A DNA stretch of 64,000 nucleotides from Actinomycetota bacterium (GTDB lineage: Bacteria; Actinomycetota; UBA4738; HRBIN12), in the NCBI GenBank assembly GCA_046330185.1, contig JAXLTF010000018.1:4185-68184 (forward strand), written 5' to 3'. The translations under genes were made by a program, and so were the position numbers. Under the pieces are notes generated by a model. It was given only the letters and a program-made list of their open reading frames with translations. It ran no database searches and was not told the DNA's origin. This document shows positions 1 through 7,791 of this stretch, one piece after another (position 1 is the stretch's first letter; every line of letters begins with the position of its first letter).

Positions 1-172
1 CGGCCTTGGTGTGGATGCGCAGAACGTCCTTGACGCCGTTCGCCTTCACCGCGACGATCCGCGTGACCCCGTTCGCGTCGAACACCTTGGTTCCGATGGC
101 GTCGTCTTCCACCAGCTTGCCGATCGGCACGAGCCCTGCCGGGGTGCTGACGAGGGCATCGTGGGGCTGGCA
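1..172 (-). mobile_element. Intein (N-terminal splicing region) inserted in nrdJ; partial
   Basis: After QCSA the protein reads CQPHDALVSTPAGLVPIGKLVEDDAIGTKVFDANGVTRIVAVKANGVKDVLRIHTKA instead of the conserved CF(I). This fits Hint block A (C-x-P-x-D-x-x-V-x-T-x-x-G-x-x-P-I-x-x-L) and a later G-x-K-x-V-x-x-I-x-T strand. Confidence 0.88.
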
Positions 173-628
173 CGCGCTGCACTGCTGCGGGGTGTCCGGC
201 ACGCCGACGTTGAACCACACGGGCGAGTTGAACGCGGCCTTCTGCGTGATGATCAGGTGCGTGAGCTCGTCGGCGAACACCTGCGCGTCGTGCTCGGTGG
301 CGAAGTAGCCGTTCCTCGTGCCCCAGCCACGGATGGTGTCGACGACCCGGCCGGCGAGCTGACGGACCGACGACTCGCGCTGCGGGGTGCCGAGCGAGCC
401 GCGGAAGTACTTCTGGGCCACGATGTTGGTGGCGTTCTGCGACCAGTCCTTCGGGAACTCGACGTCGCGCTGCTCGAAGGCGTTGCCGCCCTCCTTGTAG
501 TTCGGGATCACCGCGTCGCGGATCTCCCACTCCACGTCGTCGAAGGGGTGCCGCCCCTCGGTCGTGAAGGCTCGCTTGAAGGTGAGCCCCTCGCGGATCA
601 CCTCGACGTCGTCGTGCTTGGTCGCCAC
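1..628 (-). CDS. nrdJ: Class II (adenosylcobalamin-dependent) ribonucleotide reductase, 5' part; runs off the left edge and contains an intein
   Basis: Manual translation from GTG at 628 (AGGAG upstream) gives MATKHDDVEVIREGLTFKRAFTTEGRHPFDDVEWE...WSQNATNIVAQKYFRG...AAFNSPVWFNVG...QQCSA, an actinobacterial NrdJ N-terminus. It lies next to nrdR. Not in the supplied ORF track. Confidence 0.93.
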   Translation of the reverse strand, partial: MATKHDDVEVIREGLTFKRAFTTEGRHPFDDVEWEIRDAVIPNYKEGGNAFEQRDVEFPKDWSQNATNIVAQKYFRGSLGTPQRESSVRQLAGRVVDTIRGWGTRNGYFATEHDAQVFADELTHLIITQKAAFNSPVWFNVGVPDTPQQCSACQPHDALVSTPAGLVPIGKLVEDDAIGTKVFDANGVTRIVAVKANGVKDVLRIHTKA

Positions 629-685
629 CGGTGTGCTCCTCTCGCCCGTGGGGAAGCGATGATCCGCTTGAATCACAGGGGTGTG

Positions 686-714
686 ATTCTTGCCCCCACG
701 CGGAGGCGTGTCAA
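686..714 (-). promoter_or_regulatory. Sigma70-type promoter of nrdJ (TTGACA-17-AAGAAT)
   Basis: Perfect -35 at 709-714, 17-nt spacer, imperfect -10 at 686-691. Confidence 0.6.
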
Positions 715-722
715 GCGTCATC

Positions 723-738
723 CTCCAAGATATTGGGG
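723..738. promoter_or_regulatory. NrdR box 1 upstream of nrdJ
   Basis: CCCCAATATCTTGGAG on the minus strand resembles the acaCwAtATaTwGtg consensus. Paired with box 2, 33 bp start-to-start. Confidence 0.75.
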
Positions 739-755
739 GAACTGACCACCCACAC

Positions 756-771
756 CCACTACATCTTGTGG
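756..771. promoter_or_regulatory. NrdR box 2 upstream of nrdJ
   Basis: CCACTACATCTTGTGG, between nrdR and nrdJ. Confidence 0.8.
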
Positions 772-782
772 TGTGTGCCCGA

Positions 783-1256
783 CTAGGTACCCCGGCGCCG
801 AGCGGGCCGGCGCTCCTGCAGGTCCCCCAGCTCGCGCTCGAAGTCGGTGATCTCCTGGAAGTCCTTGTACACGCTCGCGAAGCGCATGTACGCCACCTGG
901 TCGAGCTTGGCGAGGCTCGCCAGGACCTCCAGGCCGACGCGCTGGGACGTCACCTCGGGACCCTTCCGCCGCAGGCGCTCCTCGACCCGGTCCACCACCC
1001 TGGCGACCTGCTCCCGGGTGACCGGCCGGTTCTTGATCGCCTTCTCGATCCCGGCGGCGACCTTCTGGCGATCGAAGGGCTCCATCTCGCCGTCCCGCTT
1101 GATCACCACCAGCCCCACGCCCTCGACGCGCTCGAAAGTCGTGAACCGGCGGCCACAGGCGGCGCACTCCCTGCGCCGACGGGTCGCCGCCCCGCCGTCG
1201 GCGGGTCGGGAATCGACGACCCGATCGTCGTCCGCGCCGCACCAGGGACATCGCAT
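783..1256 (-). CDS. nrdR: Transcriptional repressor NrdR
   Basis: MRCPWC...DRVVDSR...RRRRECAAC...RFTTFER zinc ribbon, ATP cone and VAYMRFASVYKDF. Confidence 0.98.
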   Translation of the reverse strand: MRCPWCGADDDRVVDSRPADGGAATRRRRECAACGRRFTTFERVEGVGLVVIKRDGEMEPFDRQKVAAGIEKAIKNRPVTREQVARVVDRVEERLRRKGPEVTSQRVGLEVLASLAKLDQVAYMRFASVYKDFQEITDFERELGDLQERRPARRRGT

Positions 1257-1265
1257 CGCGCTCGA

Positions 1266-1281
1266 CCACAAGATGTTGGGG
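1266..1281. promoter_or_regulatory. NrdR box directly upstream of nrdR (autoregulation)
   Basis: CCACAAGATGTTGGGG, 9 nt before the ATG and just downstream of a -10 TAGCGT (1290-1295, minus strand). Confidence 0.7.
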
Positions 1282-1315
1282 CCGCGCGCACGCTACGCCC
1301 GTCATCAGCGGCCCG

Positions 1316-1603
1316 TCAACCGAGCGATGGGACCCAGAGCGCCTGGCCGGGCACGATCGTCCCTGCCTCGACCCCGTTCCGCCGCCCGATCGCATCGACC
1401 AGCGGCCGGGGGTCGGAGCCGCCCGCGAAGCGCGTCGCGATCGACCAGACCGTATCGCCGGGTCGCACCACGTACATCGTTCGCGGGTGCGTCCCCTGCC
1501 GAGCCGGCGAGAACGCCCGCGAGACCGGTGCGCCGACCAACAGGCACGCCAGGATCGCGGCAACGGTGGCCGTTCCACGCCGACGAACGCGCGTCCTTCC
1601 CAT
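1316..1603 (-). CDS. Small membrane-anchored LysM protein (ChiZ/YneA-like SOS division inhibitor)
   Basis: Basic N-terminus, hydrophobic helix and LysM motif YVVRPGDTVWSIATRF...N......IVPGQALWVP. Divergent from lexA. Confidence 0.85.
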   Translation of the reverse strand: MGRTRVRRRGTATVAAILACLLVGAPVSRAFSPARQGTHPRTMYVVRPGDTVWSIATRFAGGSDPRPLVDAIGRRNGVEAGTIVPGQALWVPSLG

Positions 1604-1619
1604 CTCGATCACACCCTGC

Positions 1620-1635
1620 CCGAACACCTGTTCGG
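1620..1635. promoter_or_regulatory. LexA (SOS) box
   Basis: CCGAAC-ACCT-GTTCGG in the lexA/LysM intergenic region. Confidence 0.85.
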
Positions 1636-1649
1636 TGTCAAGGTCTCTA

Positions 1650-1665
1650 TCGAACATATGTTTGC
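1650..1665. promoter_or_regulatory. LexA (SOS) box
   Basis: TCGAAC-ATAT-GTTTGC in the lexA/LysM intergenic region. Confidence 0.8.
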
Positions 1666-1716
1666 CCTCCGCCGGTCCCCGTGCTACGGTCCCCTCGACC
1701 GAGGAGGCTAGGGACG

Positions 1717-2322
1717 ATGTCTGACATCACCGCACGCCAGCAGCGCATCCTGAGCTTCATCTCCCACACCGTCCGCGAGCGCGGCTACCCCCCCACCGTC
1801 CGCGAGATCGGCGAGGCCGTCGGCCTAACGTCCTCGAGCAGCGTCCACGCCCAGCTCGCGAACCTCGAGCGCATGGGCCTGCTGCACAAGGACCCCACCA
1901 AGCCCCGGGCCATGACGCTGGCGGCGCCCAAGGCCGACGGGATCGTGGTGCCCCTGGTGGGTCGGATCGCGGCCGGGACCCCGACCCTGGCCGAGGAGGA
2001 CGTCGAGAGCTACCTGACCGTCCCCAGCGGGTACGCGACCGATGCCCCGCACTTCGCGCTGAGGGTGGCAGGCGACTCCATGGTGCACGCCGGGATCCTG
2101 GACGGCGACGTGGTGGTGGTGCGCTCCCAGGACGCGGCGGACGACGGTGACATCGTCGCCGCGGTGCTGCCCGGGCCCGCCGGGGACGAGGCCACGGTCA
2201 AGCGGCTCGCCCACCGCGACGGCGAGGTGATGCTGATCCCGGAGAACCCGGCGATGGAGCCGTTCGCCATGACCGACGGTCGGATCGCCGGCAAGGTCGT
2301 CGCCGTCCTGCGCAGGCTCTGA
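1717..2322 (+). CDS. lexA: SOS repressor LexA
   Basis: MSDITARQQRILSFI...GYPPTVREIGEAVGLTSSSSVHAQL HTH, GRIAAG cleavage site, GDSM Ser and TVKRL Lys. Confidence 0.98.
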   Translation: MSDITARQQRILSFISHTVRERGYPPTVREIGEAVGLTSSSSVHAQLANLERMGLLHKDPTKPRAMTLAAPKADGIVVPLVGRIAAGTPTLAEEDVESYLTVPSGYATDAPHFALRVAGDSMVHAGILDGDVVVVRSQDAADDGDIVAAVLPGPAGDEATVKRLAHRDGEVMLIPENPAMEPFAMTDGRIAGKVVAVLRRL

Positions 2323-2398
2323 GCCCCTTCGGCTCGGGAACCGGCCCCGGGAGCTAAGCTCGGGCGTTCCGCCCACCCGGACCGAAGGAGACCGCTCG

Positions 2399-3394
2399 AT
2401 GCCGACCGCCCCCGGCACCAACCTCGAGGCGCAGATCCGCTCCCAGCCCGCCGAGCTCGAGCGGCTGGTCCGCTCCCCCAAGATGCGCGAGCAGATCCAC
2501 ACCGCCGCGGAGGGCCTGCACCGCGCCCGCCGGATCTGGCTCGTCGGCACCGGGACGAGCCTGCACGCCGCGGAGCTCGGCGCCGCCATGATCCAGCAGA
2601 CCGGGCGCTCGGCCGTCGCGGTCCCGTCGATGCAGTTCGTGGGGTGGGCGCCGGTGATCGGTCCGCAGGACGCGGTCGTCGTGATCACACACACGGCCGA
2701 GACCGCATACGCCCTCTCCACCCGTGCGCAGGCGTTCCTGGCGGGGCTCCAGCTCGTGACGATCACGCGCGAGGGCGCCGGGTTCCCGGAGGTGATCGAG
2801 ACCGTCGCGAAGGAGACCGCCGAGACCTACACGGTGAGCTACACGTCCGCGCTGCTCGCCCTCGCGGTCCTGGCGCGCGAGCTCGGCGCCGAGGGGTTCG
2901 AGGACGAGGTCCTCGTCCGCCTCCCGGCCGCCGTGGCCGACGCGATCGCCGACAGCGGCACCGACCGGATCGCGGCGCCCGAACGGGCCCTCGTGATCAC
3001 CGGCGCCGGGCCGGCATCGGTCACGGCGCGCGAGGGCGCGCTGAAGATCCGTGAGGGCGCGCGCGTGCTGGCCGAGGGCTACGACGCCGAGTACCTGCTC
3101 CACGGGTCGGCGGTCCCCCTCACGGTCCGGGACGGGATCGTCGTCCTGACCCCGCCCGACCACGAGGGGTTCATGCCGGCGCTCGCCCACGCCGCGGTCG
3201 ACGCGGGCGTGCCCGTGAACGGCCTCCACGAGCCGTCGGACCTCCCACCGCTCCTCGCGCAGATCCCCCTGACGGTGCGGCTCCAGCTCCTGGCTCTGCG
3301 TTTCGCCGTGGAGCGCGGGCAGGACCCGGACACCGTGATCGTCGGCCCGTGGGCGGACGCGGAGCTCTGGCGGATCGGCGCCCCCGGCCCCTAG
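2399..3394 (+). CDS. Double-SIS-domain sugar-phosphate isomerase/deaminase (GlmS C-terminal-like, no glutaminase domain)
   Basis: LVGTGTSLHAA and AREGALKIREG...AEGYDAEYLLHG motifs; AAGGAG RBS. Confidence 0.85.
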   Translation: MPTAPGTNLEAQIRSQPAELERLVRSPKMREQIHTAAEGLHRARRIWLVGTGTSLHAAELGAAMIQQTGRSAVAVPSMQFVGWAPVIGPQDAVVVITHTAETAYALSTRAQAFLAGLQLVTITREGAGFPEVIETVAKETAETYTVSYTSALLALAVLARELGAEGFEDEVLVRLPAAVADAIADSGTDRIAAPERALVITGAGPASVTAREGALKIREGARVLAEGYDAEYLLHGSAVPLTVRDGIVVLTPPDHEGFMPALAHAAVDAGVPVNGLHEPSDLPPLLAQIPLTVRLQLLALRFAVERGQDPDTVIVGPWADAELWRIGAPGP

Positions 3395-4702
3395 CCGGGC
3401 TCCCGCCACGACGAACGGCCGGAGCGCCGCGAGCTCCCGCAGGCCTACGCGCGCCCACACGCGTGTGCCCTCCGGTTCGGCCTCGGCGTTGATCACCTCG
3501 GCCTCCCGGTACAGCATCGCGACCAGGTCCCCTCGGTCCCACGGGACGAGGGCCTCCAGCTCGATCGGGGGGTTAGGGGTCGCATCGCCGATCGCCTCCA
3601 GCAGCCCCTGCACCCCCTCCCCCGTCAGCGCCGACACCGAGGCGGCGCCCGGGAACCGCCTGGCGAGCCGCGCACGCTCCGCGCCGCTCACGCGGTCGAT
3701 CTTGTTCAGCGCCAGCACCTCGGGCAGGGCGCCCGCGCCGATCTCGTCGAGCACCCGCCGGACCGCCTCCACCTGCTGGTCCAGTTGAGGGGACGCCGCG
3801 TCGGCGACGTGGACGACGAGCTCCGAAAGCGCGACCTCCTCGAGCGTCGAGCGGAACGCCTCGACCAGATCGTGCGGCAGCTTGGAGACGAACCCCACCG
3901 TGTCCGTCATCGTCGCCCGGCGGCCGTTCGGAAGGACGATCCGCCGTGTCGTCGGGTCGAGCGTCGCGAACAGCTGGTTCGCGACCACCACGTCCGAGCC
4001 CGTCAGCCGGTTCACCAGCGTCGACTTGCCCGCGTTCGTGTACCCCGCGATCGCGAGCTGCGGCACGTTCGATCGCTGGCGCCGGGCACGCTTCGTGTCG
4101 CGCGTCCGCTCGAGATCCTTGATGTCCCTGCGGAGCTTGGTGATCCGTCGCCGGATGTGCTGACGGTCGAGCTCGAGCTTCGTCTCGCCCGGTCCGCGGC
4201 GGGTCCCGACCCCCCCGCCCATCCGGCTCATCGCCTCGCCCCACCCCCGCAGGCGGGGGAGCAGGTAGTTGAGCTGCGCGAGCTCGACCTGCGCCTTGCC
4301 CTCGCGGGAGCGCGCGTGCAGCGCGAAGATGTCGAGGATCAGGGCGGTGCGGTCGATGACCTTCGCCTTCAGCCGCTCCTCGAGCGCGCGCAGGTGACCG
4401 GGGCTCAGCTCGTCGTCGAAGATCACCAGCTCGGCGGCCTCGCGGTGAAGGACCCGATGGATCTCCTCGATCTTCCCCTTGCCGACGAACGTCGCGGGGT
4501 CGGGCTCGGACCGGCTCTGCACGATCCTGGCGACCGGGTCCGCGCCCGCCGAGTCCGCCAGGGCCGCTAGCTCGTCCAGGTCGTCCTCGGAGATGCCCGG
4601 GCCGACGCCGACCAGGACCGCGCGTTCGAGCACGCGAGGACGCCACGTCGCCGAGAGCGGCGACTCCTGGGTGTTGACGGCCGAGGGGGTCGGGCGCGCC
4701 AC
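3391..4702 (-). CDS. hflX: Ribosome-splitting GTPase HflX; stop displaced by an apparent 1-nt insertion near 3402-3404
   Basis: GYTNAGKSTL, LFATLDPTTR, DTVGF and NKID G-motifs. Removing one G gives ...VAEPG* at a TAG overlapping the SIS stop (CTAG). Confidence 0.95.
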
Positions 4703-4703
4703 G

Positions 4704-5534
4704 TCAGGCCTGGGGATCGGCGGGCAGACCGAACTCCCGCAGCACGTCGTTCAGGACGATCTTCGCGTCGGTGGCGGCGCCTCGATACCCGACGATCAGG
4801 CCGCTCGGCAGGCCGTACGAGCCCGCCGGGAACGCCTTCTGCCGTACCCCCGGGATGACGATCGCGCCCGCCGGCACCGACCCTCGGTGCTCCACCGGCT
4901 CGCTACCGGTCACGTCGATCACGGGGGTGTTCCCGGTCAACACGACCCCGGCGCCTAGGACGGCCCGCGATCGCACGCGGACGCCCTCGACGATCACGCA
5001 GCGCGAGCCGATGAAGACGCCGTCCTCCACGATCACGGGCTCGGCCTGGACCGGCTCGAGCACGCCGCCGATCCCGACGCCGCCGGAGAGATGGACGTTC
5101 GCACCTATCTGCGCGCACGAACCGACCGTCGCCCACGTGTCGACCATGGTGCCGGGCCCGACCCAGGCGCCGATGTTCACGTAGCTCGGCATCAGGATCG
5201 CGCCCGGCGAGACGTACGAGCCGTACCGCGCCGTCGCCGGCGGCACCACCCGAACGCCGGCCTCGGCGTAGCCGTGCTTGAGCGGCAGCTTGTCGTGGTA
5301 CTCGAAGGGCCCGGCCTCGGTCGTCTCGAGCCCGCGCACCCGGAAGTACAGCAGGACCGCGCGCTTCACCCAGGCGTTCAGGGCCCAGCCGGCATCGGTC
5401 GGCTCGGCGACGCGGATCCGCCCCCGGTCGAGCAGGGCGATCGCCTCCTCGATCGCCCCGGCGTCGAGCTCGGCGTCGGGACGCGCGTAGCTCGCGTCGA
5501 TCCGCGCCGCGAGGTCCGCGTACGGTTCGCTCAC
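4704..5534 (-). CDS. dapD: Tetrahydrodipicolinate N-succinyltransferase (E. coli-type)
   Basis: MPSYVNIGAWVGPGTMVDTWATVGSCAQIG...HLSGGVGIGGVLEP; GTG overlaps the dapC stop. Confidence 0.95.
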   Translation of the reverse strand: MSEPYADLAARIDASYARPDAELDAGAIEEAIALLDRGRIRVAEPTDAGWALNAWVKRAVLLYFRVRGLETTEAGPFEYHDKLPLKHGYAEAGVRVVPPATARYGSYVSPGAILMPSYVNIGAWVGPGTMVDTWATVGSCAQIGANVHLSGGVGIGGVLEPVQAEPVIVEDGVFIGSRCVIVEGVRVRSRAVLGAGVVLTGNTPVIDVTGSEPVEHRGSVPAGAIVIPGVRQKAFPAGSYGLPSGLIVGYRGAATDAKIVLNDVLREFGLPADPQA

Positions 5535-6706
5535 ACCGCCACCGCCCGGTCGGGCAGCAGCGCGTCGAGGATCTCGACCGCGCGCTCGCAGTCCTCGAGC
5601 GACGGCACCATCGCCATCCTCACGTACCCCTCCCCCTCGGGACCGAAGAACGCCCCGGGGGCCACGACCACATCGTGCTCCAGCAGCTCCTCCGCCCACT
5701 CGGCGGACCCGCGACCGTCCGGAACCTCGACCCAGAGGTAGAACGTGCCCTCGCTGCCGGCGACCACGATCCCCTTGCGCGCGAACAGCTCCTTGAACCG
5801 TTCGCGCTTGCGCGCGTACCGTTCGCGGCCGCGCGCGACGTGCGCCTCGTCGTTCCATGCCGCGATCGACGCCCGCTGGACGAACGCCTGCGGCGTCACC
5901 CCCACCGCCGGACGCAGGCGTTGCATCGCCCCGATCAGCGTGGGATCGCCCGCGACGAAGCCCGATCGGTACCCGGTCATCGAGGAGCGCTTGCTGAGCG
6001 TGTGCAGGGCCAGGACGTTCGTCGGGTCTCCGGCCTGCAGGACCGATCCCGGCGGGGCCTCCCCGAACCACAGCTCCGAGTACGCCTCGTCCGATGCCAG
6101 CAGGAACCCGTGCTCGCGCGCCAGCTCCGCGGCGTTCGCCAGGAAGGACGGGGGGGCGACGGCGCCGGTCGGGTTGTTCGGGTAGTTCAGCCACAGCAGC
6201 GCCGTTCGATCCAGGTCCTCGCCCGAGAGCCCGGCCAGATCGGGCAGGAACCCCCGCTCGCGCGTGAGGGGAAGGCGACGGACCTCCGCCCCGGCGAACC
6301 GGGCGCCCCGCTCCGGCACCGGGTACCCGGGCGCCGTCACGAGCACGAGGTCGCGCCCGTCCTCGGGCCGCAGGACGGCCTGCGCCAGCGAGAACACGAC
6401 CTCCTTCGACCCCAGGGTGGGCAGGATCTCGGTGTCCGCGTCGAGCGCGACGTCGAAGCGCCGCCCGATCCAGCCCGCGATCGCCCGGCGCAGCTCGGGG
6501 AGCCCGGCCGCGCGCGGGTACGAGCTGACGGGCTCCACCGCGTCGATCAGCGCCTGGCGGATGAACGCGGGGGTCTCGTCACGAGGGTCGCCGACGCCGA
6601 AGTCGATCAGCGTCCGCCCCGAGGCGATCGCCTCGGCCTGCCGGCGATCGAGGGCCTCGAACGCGTACGGCACCGTCTCCTCGTACGCCCGCGACAGATC
6701 CATCAT
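5531..6706 (-). CDS. dapC: N-succinyldiaminopimelate aminotransferase (PLP class I/II)
   Basis: DFGVGDP, WLNYPNNPTG, SDEAYSE and TLSKRSSMTGYRSG. Located between dapE and dapD. Confidence 0.85.
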   Translation of the reverse strand: MMDLSRAYEETVPYAFEALDRRQAEAIASGRTLIDFGVGDPRDETPAFIRQALIDAVEPVSSYPRAAGLPELRRAIAGWIGRRFDVALDADTEILPTLGSKEVVFSLAQAVLRPEDGRDLVLVTAPGYPVPERGARFAGAEVRRLPLTRERGFLPDLAGLSGEDLDRTALLWLNYPNNPTGAVAPPSFLANAAELAREHGFLLASDEAYSELWFGEAPPGSVLQAGDPTNVLALHTLSKRSSMTGYRSGFVAGDPTLIGAMQRLRPAVGVTPQAFVQRASIAAWNDEAHVARGRERYARKRERFKELFARKGIVVAGSEGTFYLWVEVPDGRGSAEWAEELLEHDVVVAPGAFFGPEGEGYVRMAMVPSLEDCERAVEILDALLPDRAVAV

Positions 6707-7791
6707 CCGCCCTCCCCACCCGCCAGGAACGCGAGCAGTACCTCGGTGGCGTGGACCAGCGACGCCGCCTCGATCCGTTCGTCGTCCCGATGAGCGTACC
6801 CGGGGTCGCCGGGCCCGAAGTTCACCGCGTCCACCCCGGCGGCCGCGAGCTCCGCGACCGGCGTCCAGGCCTGCTTCGGGGCCGCCTCCAGGCCGCCCGC
6901 CCGCCGCAGCCGCTCGACGAGCGCGTTGCGGGTCGCGGCCGGCGCCGGAGCGGCGTTGCCGACGACCGCCACCTCGACCTGCGAGCCCACGAGGTCGCGC
7001 AGCTCCGCCTCGGCCTCCGCGGGCGTCCGTCCGGGGGCGTAGCGGAGGTTGACCGTGGCGACCACCACGTCGGGGACGACGTTGGACGCGATCCCCCCGG
7101 CGATCCGCGTGACGCTCACGACCTCGCGGAAGGTCAGGCCGTCGATGGTCACATCTCGGGGCCCGCGTTCGGCGATCGGGCGGAGCGCCTCCAGCGCGGC
7201 GTGCACGGCGTTCTCGCCCAGCCACGGCCGCGCCGCGTGCGCGGCCCGCCCGCGCACGGTCACGGTCGCGTTCAGGTTGCCGAGGCATCCGAGCTCGAGG
7301 CGGCCGTCCGTGGGCTCCATCACGATCGCGAGGTCGGCAGAGCGAACCTCGCTGCATCGCTCGAGGAACGGCGCCAGGGCGCTCTCGGGTGCCGGCAGCT
7401 CCTCGCGCCCGAAGAACAGCAGCCCGACGTCGATGTCGCTCGGCCGTCCGTCGGCCACCACCTGGGCCACCTCCAGGATCACCGCGAGGGCGCCCTTCAT
7501 GTCGGCGGCGCCGCGCCCCACGACGACATCGCCCTCCCTCCGACCGGGCAGGTTCCCGTTCGCGGGGACCGTGTCGACGTGGCCGACCAGGAGCACCAGA
7601 GGCGCCGAGGCGCGTCGCTCGCCCGGTAGGAAGCACCGCACGGCGTCCGCGTCGTCGATCAGCCGGAACGCGCCGCCGGGCACCCTCCGGGCCATGTGGT
7701 CCAGGATCGCCGCCTCGTTCCGGCTCTCCGAGGGCAGGTCCACGAGCTCCAGGGTCAACTCGCTCAGACGGGCGGCCAGGTCCGCGCTCAT
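6703..7791 (-). CDS. dapE: Succinyl-diaminopimelate desuccinylase (M20)
   Basis: GHVDTVP, GRGAADMKG, REE, MEPT, AAHAARPWLGENAVH and FGPGDPGYAHRDDE. Confidence 0.93.
   Translation of the reverse strand: MSADLAARLSELTLELVDLPSESRNEAAILDHMARRVPGGAFRLIDDADAVRCFLPGERRASAPLVLLVGHVDTVPANGNLPGRREGDVVVGRGAADMKGALAVILEVAQVVADGRPSDIDVGLLFFGREELPAPESALAPFLERCSEVRSADLAIVMEPTDGRLELGCLGNLNATVTVRGRAAHAARPWLGENAVHAALEALRPIAERGPRDVTIDGLTFREVVSVTRIAGGIASNVVPDVVVATVNLRYAPGRTPAEAEAELRDLVGSQVEVAVVGNAAPAPAATRNALVERLRRAGGLEAAPKQAWTPVAELAAAGVDAVNFGPGDPGYAHRDDERIEAASLVHATEVLLAFLAGGEGG

Noticed and set aside
671-688. CRP/GlxR site interpretation of the nrdJ palindrome
   Set aside because: The arms are in TCACA...TGTGA order with a 4-nt spacer, the reverse of TGTGA-N6-TCACA.
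629-782. Cobalamin riboswitch near nrdJ or pduO
   Set aside because: The intergenic regions are too short and lack the B12-box and GGGAA core.
1604-1619. Partial third copy of the ATCACACCC motif before the LysM gene
   Set aside because: Only a half match, and it is explained as the SD-like AGGGTGTGATC on the minus strand.
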